A DNA stretch of 62,452 nucleotides, the filler included, from Catajapyx aquilonaris (Eukaryota): assembly GCA_000934665.2 (NCBI GenBank). It is 4 parts of 4 records of this genome, joined end to end, with 100 filler letters (N's around TTAATTAATTAA, not from the genome) between each part and the next. Parts side by side here need not be neighbours in the genome. Positions count along the whole stretch, not along the records: positions 1 to 15,516 come from JYFJ02007476.1; positions 15,617 to 31,235 come from JYFJ02007477.1; 2 more parts are not named here. One strand, written 5' to 3'. Both the position numbers and the translations under genes were made by a program. The notes under the pieces are model-generated. The model did no database searches. It was not told the DNA's origin and worked only from the letters and a program-made list of their open reading frames with translations. This document shows, in pieces, positions 13,442 through 26,491 of this stretch (positions within the stretch are counted from its first letter, which is position 1; each line of letters starts with the position of its first letter).

Positions 13442-14110
13442 TTATGAGTGTGCCTTTATGTATGCGCCCTTCCAACTTCTCTGGCTGTTGTCCAACTCTC
13501 TCTGTTCAGCCCTTATGGATGTGGCAACCTCGTCTCGTCCATTTGCCTCAGCCAGATCTTGTAGTCTTTGGCGTTTGGTGGTGGCCTCCATGTCGGCCCC
13601 CTTTTCCACCAGGAAGGCCACCACATCGTGGCCACGGTAGGCCGCCACATGCAGAGGGGTCCACCCATCCGCAGTGGTGGCCTCCAACTTGGCCCCCTTC
13701 TCCAACATCAACCCTACCATGGCCTTCAAACCATGGTAGGCCGCCAGATGGAGAGGGGTCTGTCCGGATTTGTTTGCGGCTTCCAAGTGCGCGCCCTTCC
13801 TCAGCAGCAGCCTGACCGTCTCCACGTGGTTGTGGGAGGCCGCAAGGTGTAATGGGGTCTCCCTATCCTTGTTTTCCGCTCCCATGTTGGCATTTACCTT
13901 CAGCAGTTCGCGCACCATTTCCACGTGGTTGCAGTAGGCCGCCAAGTGGAGGGCCGTCTCCCCATCTTCGTTCTTGGCCTCCAGCTCCACCCCCTCCTTT
14001 AGCAATACCTGGGCCATTTCCACACATCCTGTTGTAACTGCCACATGAATGGCCTGGACGTCTAATAAAGGTTTGGCGGGGTACGGCGACCTCGTTACTT
14101 CGTTCCACAC
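13442..14110 (-). CDS. Intronless ankyrin-repeat protein (~5 ANK repeats); start uncertain, possibly pseudogene
   Basis: Repeated G.TPLHLAA..GH.E.V..LL..GA...A motifs. The ORF start is GTG; the C-terminus is altered by a tandem duplication. Confidence 0.7.
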   Translation of the reverse strand: MWNEVTRSPYPAKPLLDVQAIHVAVTTGCVEMAQVLLKEGVELEAKNEDGETALHLAAYCNHVEMVRELLKVNANMGAENKDRETPLHLAASHNHVETVRLLLRKGAHLEAANKSGQTPLHLAAYHGLKAMVGLMLEKGAKLEATTADGWTPLHVAAYRGHDVVAFLVEKGADMEATTKRQRLQDLAEANGRDEVATSIRAEQRELDNSQRSWKGAYIKAHS

Positions 14111-14232
14111 TTACCGGTACCTCTTCTACTATGTCTCTACTGAGGAAGGCGGGAAGATAGTGGGGTTGCAGGGCCGGTGTCCATCATCTTGCTTGCTTGC
14201 GACTACTACTCTCTACCACCAGGAAACACTTA

Positions 14233-14465
14233 GGCCGGTTTCACAGGAGCGGTTTTTGTGCGGTCCGGTCGCCGTCCGGTTATTTTCCGCAGCTCCGGAG
14301 GACCCTTTCACACGAGCGGATTTTGTGCGGTCGCCTTGTATGCGGCGAGAAAAATCCAGAGATGGACTTCCTGACGGCTGCATATGTGGCTACTGTCCTG
14401 GTGTTCCGCAGGAGGAAAAAGCCACGCAACAGAGAATGGTGGATGCATCCTCTCTGCTCGAGATC
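14233..14465 (+). mobile_element. PIF/Harbinger 5' end with transposase N-terminal fragment
   Basis: Starts GGCCGGTTTCACA (Harbinger-like terminus), with a similar CCCTTTCACACGAGCGG repeat at 14303. The downstream ATG reads MDFLTAAYVATVLVFRRRKKPRNREWWMHPL, resembling the RRxWVHP motif of Harbinger DDE transposases. Confidence 0.55.
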
Positions 14466-14739
14466 TGATGCTCTTCTGCCTGCTCCAACAAAACACATGT
14501 TACACAAAAACTCGTATGTGCACTCCCACAAAAGAAGTGGGGTAGAAAGGGGGGGGGGGGAGCGCACTGCTATGCGCCATACTGATGGGAACGGGATGGA
14601 AGGACGAAATATCAAATGGGGGAACCCTTACATCCGATGGCCCATGGCCACCTCGTCACAGGCCCTTCCACCATCCTCCAAGATGACCTCTTTTGGTGGT
14701 ACATTTTGCAGTATAGAATTATTTCTTTCGAGCCTTACC

Positions 14740-15060
14740 TGATCGAAAGAAAGAGGTGTACAATAAGATACCCTTCTCGGCAAACATGACCCGCACACTC
14801 GAAATGACACTGTCAACTGCTGTCTTTGGTACCCTGTGGTAACCTTCAAGTTTACGGGCAAGACTCACTAGCCTGCCAATGTTGTCATTTGCCCACTGTC
14901 AATGTCATTTTCATTATTATTGCATACCACTTCTGCTGTGCGCCAGTGTTAAGCACCATCTCATACAAGAAAAGGTGCCCAGATAGTCCATTGATCCGCC
15001 TCATGCGCAAAACCAGCCCACCTGTAGCAACCAGGGTCACTGTTGTAGTCCAGTAACTTT
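14740..15060 (-). pseudogene. Possible piggyBac C-terminal relic
   Basis: Minus-strand frames give LLDYN....ADQ and QKWY, then a Cys-containing tail; heavily degraded. Confidence 0.35.
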
Positions 15061-15362
15061 AGACAAAAAGAGGGTGTTTCTGCGGGATAATTTAAACCCA
15101 AGGTTTTGTTTCACACGGAGCTTTGTTATGTCATTCTAAGTGAAACCTCAAAAGTCCCCGACATTCGGCTGTACGCGTCATGTGTTTTTGGCTCAAGAAA
15201 TACATGAGTGACACTCGCCGCGGAATTGACTATAAACTGTAAACTACTGGTCCGATTTTGCTCGGATTGCTCTTAAAATGTTTACAAGGGAATGTGAAAC
15301 GTGACTATGGGGTCATCATACCTCCTGCAGGTCAAGGTCACCGTGAAAACGCCGCGAGTGAT

Positions 15363-15516
15363 AGCAGCGTATTCTATCAAAAACAAGTCCAGCTGAGCTT
15401 TAGACTTGTGAACGTGGGAAAATATAAAGAACATTGTCCAAATGTTTTGTCATTTTGGCCTGGTCACATTTGGGAATGCCATCAATGCATCTTTCCAGTT
15501 CCTTGCAACATGAAAG
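15363..15516 (+). repeat. Direct repeat of 11596-11748 (MULE-like relic) running into the gap
   Basis: Identical apart from one extra A. Confidence 0.85.
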
Positions 15517-15616
15517 NNNNNNNNNNNNNNNNNNNNNNNNNNNNNNNNNNNNNNNNNNNNTTAATTAATTAANNNNNNNNNNNNNNNNNNNNNNNNNNNN
15601 NNNNNNNNNNNNNNNN
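15517..15616. other. Assembly gap/linker (44 N + TTAATTAATTAA + 44 N)
   Basis: Seen directly; the 12-mer has stop codons in all six frames. Confidence 0.97.
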
Positions 15617-16679
15617 GAAATACTAGAAGAAATGTCTTACAATCGCAGAAGTTGGTATTGGCCAGCTCTTCCCATGTATAAACATAGGCTCAACACCCCA
15701 CCCCCTGCCCTCCATTTCCTAGCGCAAGAACTACCTTAAAGTACTCTTAACTTGCATAATTTACAATTTCCGGCTCGACCATTATATTCCCCATCCAAAG
15801 AAACTGCCAAGTATCAAAAATCTCGCCTATAGCACTAATGATAGCTTTCTCAGGGCTTTCATGAAGTGTCCCATTTTTGACCTTTTGACCCCTGTATCTC
15901 AAAAACACTTGAGATCGAGGATTTCTTTTCTAGCTGGTAAGGAACCCAAAAAATATTATTTGAACATGAAGTTCGTGTAGCACTTAGAGAGGTTCCCTTG
16001 TAAGTGCAGAGCAGCCCTGCTAGGTTCGCAGCAGGCTCTTGACCTGAGTCAACCTGAGAAGCACTATCGCTGCCACCCACCGCATTACCACTCCGTCAGC
16101 CCCCTGAATGCCAGTTTGCATAGAGCTGGGGTATGAGTGCCAGGGGCCTGGCACTGACTGTTTTACAGGTCATGGAAGTCTTTTGCTCTGTACAAGCTCT
16201 GCCAGAACTTTATACAGTAATACATGTTCCTTTATCCTCTAGGCATTGGATCCCATCAACCGCCCAACCTTCTGGCCTCACACACCTGAAGCTCAGGTTC
16301 AGCCCAAGCCGGACGCCCATTAAACCGTTCGGCAGTGGTATGTAGGGCAAAAGGTGTAGAGAAGAGTAGATGTCTTATGAATTGCAGGACTGTAATTTGC
16401 CCATTACTGTTATATTTTGCTTGAACCTGGCATGTTCATGCATTTTTGAGGTCAGAAGAAGAACCTTGTCATGATATTTTTACTTGACTGTACCTTGGCA
16501 CAAAGGATTGTTGTCGTAGTGAACAGCAAGATATGATGTATTTCCATCTCAGATGATTAAAAAAATGCAGTAATAATGATGAACACTACAGCAGACCTTT
16601 TTACATGCCTTATTTTCGATTTCAGTCTGGAGGCTTTTTTGAAAATCAGCCACTTCTGACAGATAACTCTGTTTTTTGA

Positions 16680-16854
16680 CGTGGATACGTCTTTAAAATC
16701 GGATCAGGAGGCATGCAGGCAAACTCTAGCATTACAGAAAAGCTTTAGTATATTATAACCGAGTATGCTATAACTGACGCTTTTCTGTAGCGCTTTTCTG
16801 CGATGCTAGAGTTTGCCTGCATGCCCCTAATCCAATTTTAAAGATGTATCCACG
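16680..16854. mobile_element. Small palindromic MITE-like element
   Basis: CGTGGATACGTCTTTAAAATCGGAT...GCATGCAGGCAAACTCTAGCAT is mirrored by ATGCTAGAGTTTGCCTGCATGC...ATCCAATTTTAAAGATGTATCCACG; no clear TSD. Confidence 0.65.
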
Positions 16855-18264
16855 CATGCATGCCCCCGCCATTATAGTGGAGAAAAGTGAAACATAATGT
16901 CGGTTGAGCCCGCAAATGCTGCGGCTTGTGTCCCCGACACAACCTAATGTATTTTTTTCACATAGGTTTCCCTGTCAGATGACTGTGACCTTAACCCAGA
17001 TATGCCGAGTGTCCCCTATAGGGGACACCTGCACAGATGTTACATTTTAATTTTTTGCGCAGGTTCCTCTGCTGCTAAAGAGCTGGCAGTAGTGACGGGG
17101 GCTTCAGTAGAGTCCCAGCTAACGATACATGTTCAAACCTGCTCAATATTGCTTCAGATTTTTAAGATACAGGTGTTTGAATTTTAACATAGGGAATAAT
17201 GGCTGCACCTCCACGTTCCGAAGACGATTAGTAATTAATTCTCGAATGTTGATTAGCATTATGAGTTATTTTTTGTTTGTAATACTTAGAAAACTTATGA
17301 ATGATGATGTCGATGTGGAAATATAGGAATATTTTTTACTTTCCTTGTCTGAGAGTAGTGGTGAAATCTGGCGTCCCTTCGGTGGAACACTAGAGGCAAA
17401 TGCACCCACATTTGGACAAGTAAAGTATGTGTGTGGATTTTGTACGCTTTGTTGAACTGTATTTTAATGAATCCATACAATTAAAACGAGATTGCATGGC
17501 AATTGGTTAACATGGCAACAGGTGCTACAATCCTTGATTGTTGTTGAATGTTACTCAATTACAACCCCTTCTTTGCACGGCCTGTTTCCGTAGTAATGCG
17601 ATCAACAACAATCAATCATTGGTGATATTATGAAACTATGGATATTGCTGAATGTCACTGTTGCCATGGTAATGTAATCAACAACTGTTATAGCCATACT
17701 AGGTTGCATTTTCCTAGCATCCCATAATTATAGGAAACGGCCATTTTCTCGCAAACAAGCAGTCAGAAAAATGTTTTATCTCACTTTTTGTGTTTCGGGA
17801 AGTAATATGAACTAATAGAAACAAAAAAATGTCAAAAATTCAACAAAAACTTTTCCAGGCATATCTGGGTTACGCGGCATATCAGTAGTTAGGTGGGTTG
17901 CCCCCCCCCCCCCCNCCCAATATATTTCAGCAAGACTTTCGTGAAAGCTATTTTGATAACTACACGAGAGGAATGAAAACATATCGGTAAAGGGGAAATG
18001 ACAGAAGGGGAATTTTTGGGGTTCAAGGTCACACAAGTTTAGGTGAATGTAACTGACAAAGTACCCAGTGGAATCTTTCTATACTGTAAGCACATTGGAT
18101 ACAGGCAAGTAGACAAGTTGGCCCCTTCATTTTTCCAGCAGCTCCAAGAACAAGCATGTTACATATTTTACTTATTTCTCATGGCCTCACGGCCCCCCTG
18201 AAATCCTCTCACGCCCCCCAGGTTGGGAACCACTGCTTTAGTTACACAGTCGGCACACAGCACG

Positions 18265-18486
18265 TTTTCGAGATGTGCAGTGCATTGTTGTTTGCAAAGG
18301 TCATTTTGTGAGCTCCCCCAGGAACCCCAGTCTAGCCTCTAGTGGAAGTCCCCACCCAAGGTGAAGCTGGAGACGACCACAAACTCCGCACGAGATGAAA
18401 GGGGGGAATGCCTGGGCTTGGTATAGGGCCCGGGACCCTTCCGTCCATGGGCGCATACCTTACCGCAGCGCCACTCCGCCTCCCCC
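18265..18486 (-). mobile_element. tRNA-derived SINE (same family as 55061-55410), diverged
   Basis: Reverse complement GGGGAGGCGGAGTGGCGCTGCGGTAAGG...CATCTCGTGCGGAGTT matches the head and body at 55061. Confidence 0.7.
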
Positions 18487-19560
18487 GAAAATGATGTAAC
18501 ATTTGCCACCTGTCTCCATTACTGCATCAATCAACAAAGGTCAAGGTCACTCGGCGCAACAGGGAACTATCCCACGCAACCAGTGACTGCCCAGCACCGG
18601 TACAATCGACACCGTCCGTTCGGTGCTTGCACCTTCATGCTCCACAGGGTACGACACCTTCTGTCCATTTCCTGCACACATTCACAGGCCGCCTTCGACC
18701 TTGAATCATCAAAGAAAAGTTTCGGTGCAGCGTGCACTGACAACCTATCTTCCCCTCCCTGTACCGGATGTACCGGTACCTCAGGGGTACGTACAATTGG
18801 TACGGCAACATGTGCACCAACTTGTGACGTAGTGATGCCAAATGTAGCATTGCAGTTTGCACTCTTGTGGGCGACTCCAGATAGGCATCATACCTTCTAC
18901 CTGTAGCTGACTATGAGAGTATGTCACTGACAAGCGAGAGGGCACTCCAGATATTATTTGCATTGCTGGGAGACACCTCTTAAATGCAAGTATACATTCA
19001 TTATGTAAATCAAAGACCGGATTGAGTATAGCAGAAAATGCAATGCAAATGTGTCTAACATGCCAGTATGGCTGGATACCAGAAAGGTACAGAAAAAAAG
19101 TATGTAGCCTATGTCTGTTCGAATTTACGAAATAGTGTGGTTTTATTTTATCAATCAGCGTTGTAGCCTAAAGTCGCTTGCTGGGGCTTTTCCACTACTG
19201 CACACTCCTTTTTCGTCGTTGCATCAGCAAACTCTGAAACATGGATGTTGTGGTGAGATGACATCGTTAATGAATACCTAAAGAGAAAATCTCACCAAAT
19301 CCCTTTCAAGTGAAATTATTTCTGTCGTTTTTTTAAACCAAATTTAGAGCAACAAACATGAGTAGGCCTATATAGAATTAAATGTGAAAGGGAAATCGGA
19401 AGCTATGCAACATTATCAATGGTTAGTCTATCACAAGAAAACAGTGTGGTTGACTTAAATGGTAATGTTGACAATCATGTCATCATATGTTAGGCCCATA
19501 ATAAAGGTAAATACAGGGTATGGTATTTAAAAAAATTAAAACGTGGCATATGGTTAAATA

Positions 19561-20161
19561 CAAGGTGGTCGAAAAAGAATGCCCCGGTTCTAAAACCCCA
19601 TAACTCGAAAACTTGTAGACATATCTAAATTATTTAATTTTTTAAATGCTGCAAAATGTCAAAAGTTTTGGTCTCACCTTAATTTGTTTCGATATGAGCT
19701 CCCATTTGTTGCTTGGCAGATTTAAAAATACTGTATTCGGTCTCATGCCAAGCCCTTTCAATCATATCTGGAGTTACCGTTGCAATCCTATCCCGTAGGT
19801 GCTGGATATCTAGGATCTTTACACCACACACATTGTTCTTGATGATGCACATAAAAAGTCCATGAGCCCTTGAAACCCGATTGACTTTTTTGTGGAGACT
19901 CTGCGAGGACCCGCGGGGTCGTCACAATACATGTATGCTGAAAAGATCCGGCATCTCCAGCATCTACTGGATTTGATTGCAACTGTAACGCCAGACATGC
20001 CTGAGCAGGTTAGGCACGACACTGATTACCGTATTTACATTTTCTTGAGCGACAAATGGGGCTCATATCAAAACAAACTATGCTGAGACCAAAACTTGAA
20101 TGTCTACAAGTGTTCAAGTAATAGGGTTTTAGAATCTGGGCATTCTTTTTCGACCACCCTG
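19561..20161. mobile_element. Tc1/mariner-derived non-autonomous element with two inverted 3' ends
   Basis: TIRs CAAGGTGGTCGAAAAAGAATGCCC / GGGCATTCTTTTTCGACCACCCTG. Both arms encode transposase C-terminal remnants (GAHIE/GAHIK; DFLC...). Confidence 0.7.
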
Positions 20162-20400
20162 TGTAATTTTTAAAGCCTTCCATGATGTTTCCTAATACAG
20201 TGCAATATTCCATATACAGTAGGCCTAATATTGTCTACTTGATTAGCCTCAGTGCTCTAACGTAAGACAAATGCCTCAATTTGGCTGGAAACTATGTTGA
20301 AAAAAGTAGACAGTTGAAGCTTTCAGGTGTAATAAAATATTCTGCGGGGTGCTTTGTGGTTTTTCTAATAAAAACACGGAACTTACTTTCTGGATATGCC

Positions 20401-23400
20401 TCAATAGAGTTTTATCAGTAACAGTTGTGATGAAGTCTGACCTTTTTTCTTATCAGGAATCTGACTGCTGTTCCACGGTTCCTCTTCTCCAGATGCAAAA
20501 ATCACGTAGAAGGTATTGCAGAGGAGAAATATGAGGCCTGATATGTAAAATATAAGCTGCCATTGCATGAAGGTTTGCTGAAAAAAGCATTATGTTAATT
20601 GATGCCTGATAGTAATGAGCATGTAGGCTACCTAATCATTGACAGTCAACTTACCTGATTGTTGGTTAAGTATCCCACCAGGTAAGGTACTAGTATTCCT
20701 AGAGTGCTGGAAAGGCCATTCGCCAATCCAAAAATGAGTGGTGCGTAATTGGGAGTGACATCAATGTAATTGACTAAAAAAGCACTGACGGAGCATCCAA
20801 GAATGCCATTAGCCACCAACAAAAGTGGCACCGTAGCAGCTCGATTGCAACCAGTGTGTGAGGCAGCTGTGATGGCTAGAGTTGATCCACCAAGCGCTGA
20901 CCAGATGAGGAAGTACATTTCAATAATGATGAGGATATGGCAAGGAAAGTGATAATACTGTATACATAGCTCAGTGTTATCACAGTAGTCTACACTCTAT
21001 TAGCTAATAATTTAATACTGCACTACTGGACTGCTTTTGCAGTGACCGTAACAATGACTCGTTTAGATAACTGGGAAAAGAAGAGGAACATTGCTCTCCA
21101 GTAACAATCAGGATAGGCACTGTATACTCAACCTGTATCGTACATGGTGATATGCTGTAAGGCTGTGTACACAAACTTCTAAGCTAGATGAACTATAGTT
21201 TGAATAAGTCATTTACCTAACGTGTTGAAGAGTTTCCTTGTGGCTGTAGTGGTGAGGTGCTTTTTTTCTAACAGCCAATCAGCAAGCCAGCTAGAGAGCA
21301 CAGCCACTCCGAAGTATATTGCATATGATAATGCTGTCCAGAAGCCAGCCTGTATTTTTTACAGACATGAATTCATTATTCACATGAACCAACTTCAAAT
21401 ATTATATAGACCAGGGGCAGGTGTGGCTCTTGCAACACATGTTCAAACTTGACAGCATATGTTATTCTTTTCTTCTCATGTGATGGAGGTGAATAGCAAA
21501 TTGTAAATACGAATACAGACTCCACACGTCAGTCTGCTGGCGATGAGCCATAGTCATTAATGTTCGAGACTCTAGTGCAAGACATGATAAGTGTGAAACG
21601 TGCGTAATTAGGCAAGGTACTGTTATGATTAATACAGTATATTATTGAAAATTGCAGAGCCATCACTGGCATCACATGCTCTTAAAATCAATGGGTGATC
21701 AGAATTATTAACACTGATATACAGAAGTTAGTGAAGGAATATTGCAACATCATTTGGAGTATACCTCTTCCACGCCATAATGTAGCATGTTTTTGAAGTA
21801 GTTAGGAAGTTCCGTCATCATAATATTTTGACCCCAGCTGTAACCAAGCTGAGCTACCAGTATAGCCCAAATTGGAAGCGATGAAACTATCGCTTTCCAT
21901 GGTATCGATTCTTCCTATACAAAAAGAAAGACAGGATCAGAAAAAGACATGCTCATATGGAGAGTGCAAACCTTGCCAAAGACATGCAATGGAGTATATG
22001 TATTGCTTACTCCAAGCCGTGCTCCAAGCAGTCTGGGCCTCATGCACTTAGTTTCCAATATTGCCGTTGCCATAACGTTTCTTGGAATAAACAATCCATA
22101 ACTTCTCACGACCTTCACTGTCGAAGATGCTTCTATGGCAAGTCTTTGCCTTATAATAATCCATGATCAATTTGCTTATTCACCTTTGAATATTTCTGAC
22201 CAATGCACGACTCCAAATAGCGCTTTTCAGCATCGTCGATCATGGGATGATCATGTGGGCAATCATGCAGGTAGAGGACACAAGCTCCCATGCATATTAT
22301 ACCAAAAATGCCTGACGCATAGAAGATGGAAGGCCATCCACCTAAGTAGCCAGCAGCAGCCAAGTGACCACTCCCCAACATGGCGACAATGATGCCAATG
22401 GTGTTTCCTGTAACCAGAAGTGATGGTCAGAAATTGTCAGATGTAACTTACTATTCATTCCTGCAGTGCAAACTCTTCCTCTCCCCTACATCCTCAAATG
22501 CATGGATAAAAACCAGCACCACATTAGGCTTTCTGCATGCTTATCGCACGGTTTTCTAAAAGTGTAGGTTCTATATTATAGGTTATAATGATAGAAATCT
22601 CACGCCTTTCCCCATGCCACTGCCTTTATGAAATGCAAAATGCAAGTGTTCAGGTGAAGCTAAACCAGAATTCGAAGTATTGCAACTTAGAGTTGTTTGC
22701 AAAATGGTGCTTATATGTTAATAGTTTTTGAGAGCTTCTTGCGAGATTTATTTTTGGCTGAGGTGATTGTAAATTGTTCAGTTCAGATGCTAAACTATGC
22801 TATTAAGAGATATTTTAATACTCCCCAATTCAATAGCATTTCTTTTGCTCGAAAAATCTGGAAAAAAGTGTGAAATACAAACTCAGGAGCTCTCTTGAAA
22901 TAGTTTGATTGTGTGGGTACACTTGAAAACAGCGAGACATTATGAGCTTTGCGTGGAAATCCCACTTGCTATATTGGTAGGTGCCTACTACTAGTACTTA
23001 TTCATCCTGAATAGTTCAACAAAAATGAGATGAGGCATCTCATTTGTTTTTAAAGCAAATACTAATAAAGTTGTAACATAGAAAAACATCGATGGATCTA
23101 TATATACAAAAAGGCCTTGAAGATTTGCATGCATCCTCTAGGTACACTAAGTATGCAACAATTAAAGGTGAAGATTACCTTAGAGAAACCTACTTTAACT
23201 TTAATTCTCCTATCAGTATTTAATACGCGTCTGTTGGTAAACCTGAGAAGCAACTCCCAAAGGATCTGGTTTAATGATTTTAGGTTTATCTTCTCACCGA
23301 ACGAGATTTGTACTCTTTGTAACATGTTTATGAATTTTGACCTGTTTCACATTTAGTTCGATTCATTACTCATTTTTCCGAAATGAGAGATTACCGCTAT

Positions 23401-23611
23401 TCCTCAAAAACTTCCCGAAAATCCCACCCCAGAACATATTTTTAAAATATTTTTGTTAATATCCCTGAGTTCCGACTATACTTTTATACTTTACTACTAC
23501 TTTTTACGTGTGAAAGTGCTAAATTGAAGTTATATGATATTACTTTGGATTTTGCTATGGGAGAGTCCCCTGCCCATTCGGCTTATTAAGGCCCAGGGTA
23601 AGGAAATACAC

Positions 23612-23697
<86 letters not shown>

Positions 23698-24543
23698 GGC
23701 TGTTGGACTGGAAGGTCACAAGAGTGGTTGTTCCATCCCCAACATGGCTCAACACCGGAGACTCATTTTTACATAGATTTTACACAGTTTTATATGTTGT
23801 TTTTTTGTATATTTATATGTGTGTATTGTGCGTGTGTTTGTGTATCTGTATGTATTCATGTCATCCTTTTCATTATCATCCTATTCATTATATCCTCTGC
23901 GTGGCCTGACCAGTCACCAGAGGATTCATTATACTGGTCGTTCGAGATGGCCAGGTGGACTGTAAGGCCTACCTGGTCATCGCTGGTAACCCCATCTTGA
24001 TGGGAATATGCCGTGAAATGTATGTATGTATTATTATTATTATTATTGTAACATAGAATAACCTAGCTTACCTGTGAGTGCGAAACCAACTAGTTTACTG
24101 CGTTCTAATGGAGGGATCCACTTTGCCATTATTGCATAACCGCAAGGCTGTATTACACCCTGCAAAAATATCACCATCAAGATCTGTCAAAACTGCTAGT
24201 ACGTAGAAGGTACAACGATCTATGTCTCATATTATACTCTCCAAGAATATAAAATGATCCTTACTGCTCCAAATCCCTGCAGAATTCTTAGTAGCGCCAA
24301 TGCAACAATGCCTCCAGTTCGCACCATGATGGTGGTAGACAAAGCAGCTACCGAAGCCACCATTAGACCCGCTACCATAAGCCGCTTAGCCCCAAAACGA
24401 TCCACCAAAAGACCTCCAGGAGCTACTGTCACTACGTAGCCCCAGTAATATGCACCAAAAACTATCCCTTGGTCGTGCTCGCTCCATGAAAATTCCGCCC
24501 CCTGTAAAGAGGCCTTGGAATTAATTCACGTTGCCGGCAAATA

Positions 24544-24630
<87 letters not shown>

Positions 24631-25143
24631 ATGTACGTTACGGATGTCATCAATAGTTCTTTGCTCCAGAATGACATCAGGGCACTCCAAGGTAGCTGTG
24701 GAAGCGCCGAGTTCCAGTGGATGGCTGACCATAGCCACAATGGCGACCGATAAATTGGCTCTAAAAACATGCGCAGCTATTTCAGCAAGAAATATGAGAA
24801 GCGATGTCAAATGTCTGCATCCAAACCCTGAAAACCATCAAAATACGCGTTTTTAAAACTGGGGAGATGAAAAATTGAAAATAGCAAAGCTGACTCGTGT
24901 GAGGATATTGCAAAGTGAATATTGGAACAGGTTCGATACCTTTCTTTTTCCACAACATGATTGATTGCAAGTTATTTTGACAGCTGTCATCATGCTCTGT
25001 TGATGTTCCAAGGTTTCAATAGCTAATTCTTGGGGGTCTATTTTGTTCTGTAAACTAATAAGCTGTAACTTGAACTTACCTGCTCCTGGTGTGTCCAATA
25101 TTCTGGATTTTTCACTAGGTTCGGCAAGAACTTTCATTTTCAT
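20401..25143 (-). CDS. SLC17-family MFS anion transporter (sialin / putative inorganic phosphate cotransporter-like), 9 coding exons, ~501 aa
   Basis: Exons 25143-25080, 24827-24637, 24501-24265, 24159-24072, 22407-22184, 21914-21765, 21349-21217, 20896-20655, 20577-20401. All are GT-AG and phase-consistent (1506 nt). SLC17 motifs present: RANLSVAIVAMV, FSWS...QGIVFGAYYWGY, KWIPPLERS, GGWPSIFY, IPWKAI, ELPNY, RKLFN, IDVTPNYA, ASGEEEPW. Confidence 0.92.
23613..23693. repeat. (ATT)n microsatellite
   Basis: ~27 perfect units in SLC17 intron 4. Confidence 0.95.
24545..24629. repeat. (ATT)n microsatellite
   Basis: ~28 units filling most of the 135-nt SLC17 intron 2. Confidence 0.95.
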
Positions 25144-26491
25144 TCTTGCCACTTAATACTTCAGTCACCGTACGTAGCGGAGTTCCTCTGCAGAAAACTA
25201 TTTTCATTATTGTCACGGTACAGATAACAGTGTTTTGGATTCCAGTAGTAGGCTAGTTCCCAGCATAGCTCTGCTACAACAGGGATTGTCTTAACCACAC
25301 TAGTACTTTGCAAAGTCAGCTTATAGTACAATAGAGCTCTGCGGAAGTGAGTCTGCAGCAGCGATCACAAATATATTATCGGGTCATTTCCTGTGTCGAT
25401 ACAGCCATGTGTGTGTCTGGGTGTGCGGCTGGGGAGGAAGAGGAAGGGGGAAGGGGAGGGGGGAAGGGATACGTCACTGGCCGACCCACATTTGTCACCC
25501 CAGTCAAAATTATTCATCTTATTCAGTATGGTACGAACACGTCAGGATAAATTGCATAATTATAATAACCTTGGAAATAACTTTCAGTCGCACTTGCTAC
25601 ACTAGGGACTTAAGGTACTTACCAATAAGCGTGTGTATCTCGATTGTACGTTTACATGTACTGTAACATAAAGCATACTGTGCAAGTGCACCCTTCCCAG
25701 AAGCATAAAAATTCAGGTGCGCCCGAGTGCGCCTTATAATACAGCGAATGAAAACGAGAGCCACGTGTATAGTTTATTCTCTCTATTTTGACTCATTCAG
25801 TCTGATTTATTCCACCAAGACTGTTTTACTGTACTGGCCTTATACTGTATATGAACATATGGAGCTGTCTATCACATATTATAATTTACGAGACTTATAT
25901 CTCTAAAAAGGTGGTATAATAGTCAGGACGTTAAGGGACTAAACTGTGCATTTGGTGAAAAAAACATGAAATTTGGTACGAATGTCCCTGAGACCATACT
26001 CTTCAAATGAAGATTTGGCGCCACGCCAGTTTCTGCTCCGGAGGTCCGTAATTGCGGGTTGGCTACCTTGAAGCGAGTGAAAAGTCCTTTTCTGAGCGAC
26101 TGCTTCTCAGGAGGATATGTGCCAATACTGCCAAAGAAAGGTTGCAGAGAAATATCTTTCCATCCTTAAAAAGTATAGAGTATACCTTTTCCACGTACAG
26201 TCCGTATTTTCGGAGCTACAGTGACTTGAACCGATAGTCATGGAATGAAGGGACGAAAAAAGGGTCAACCGTGCACTTGGTGATAAAAGCATGAAATTTG
26301 GTACGAATATTCCTGAGGCCATACTCTTCAAATCTATATATGGCGCCACGCCCGTTTTCGCCCCGGAGGCCCGTAATTGCGGGTTGGCTACCTTGAAGCC
26401 AGTGAAAAGTCCTTTTCTGAGCGAACTGCTTCTCAGGAGGATATGTGCCAATACTGCCAAAGAAAGGTTGCAGAGAAATATGTATTCTACA

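Noticed and set aside
15561..15572. TTAATTAATTAA repeated at three sites
   Set aside because: Always centred in 100-nt N-runs; an artificial six-frame-stop linker, not biology.
19265..19290. Possible alternative last micro-exon of the SLC17 gene (TTTAG|GTATTCATTAA)
   Set aside because: The exon at 20577 already reaches an in-frame stop at 20401; the alternative cannot be supported without transcripts.
23555..24856. Poly-isoleucine ORFs
   Set aside because: Translations of (ATT)n microsatellites in introns.
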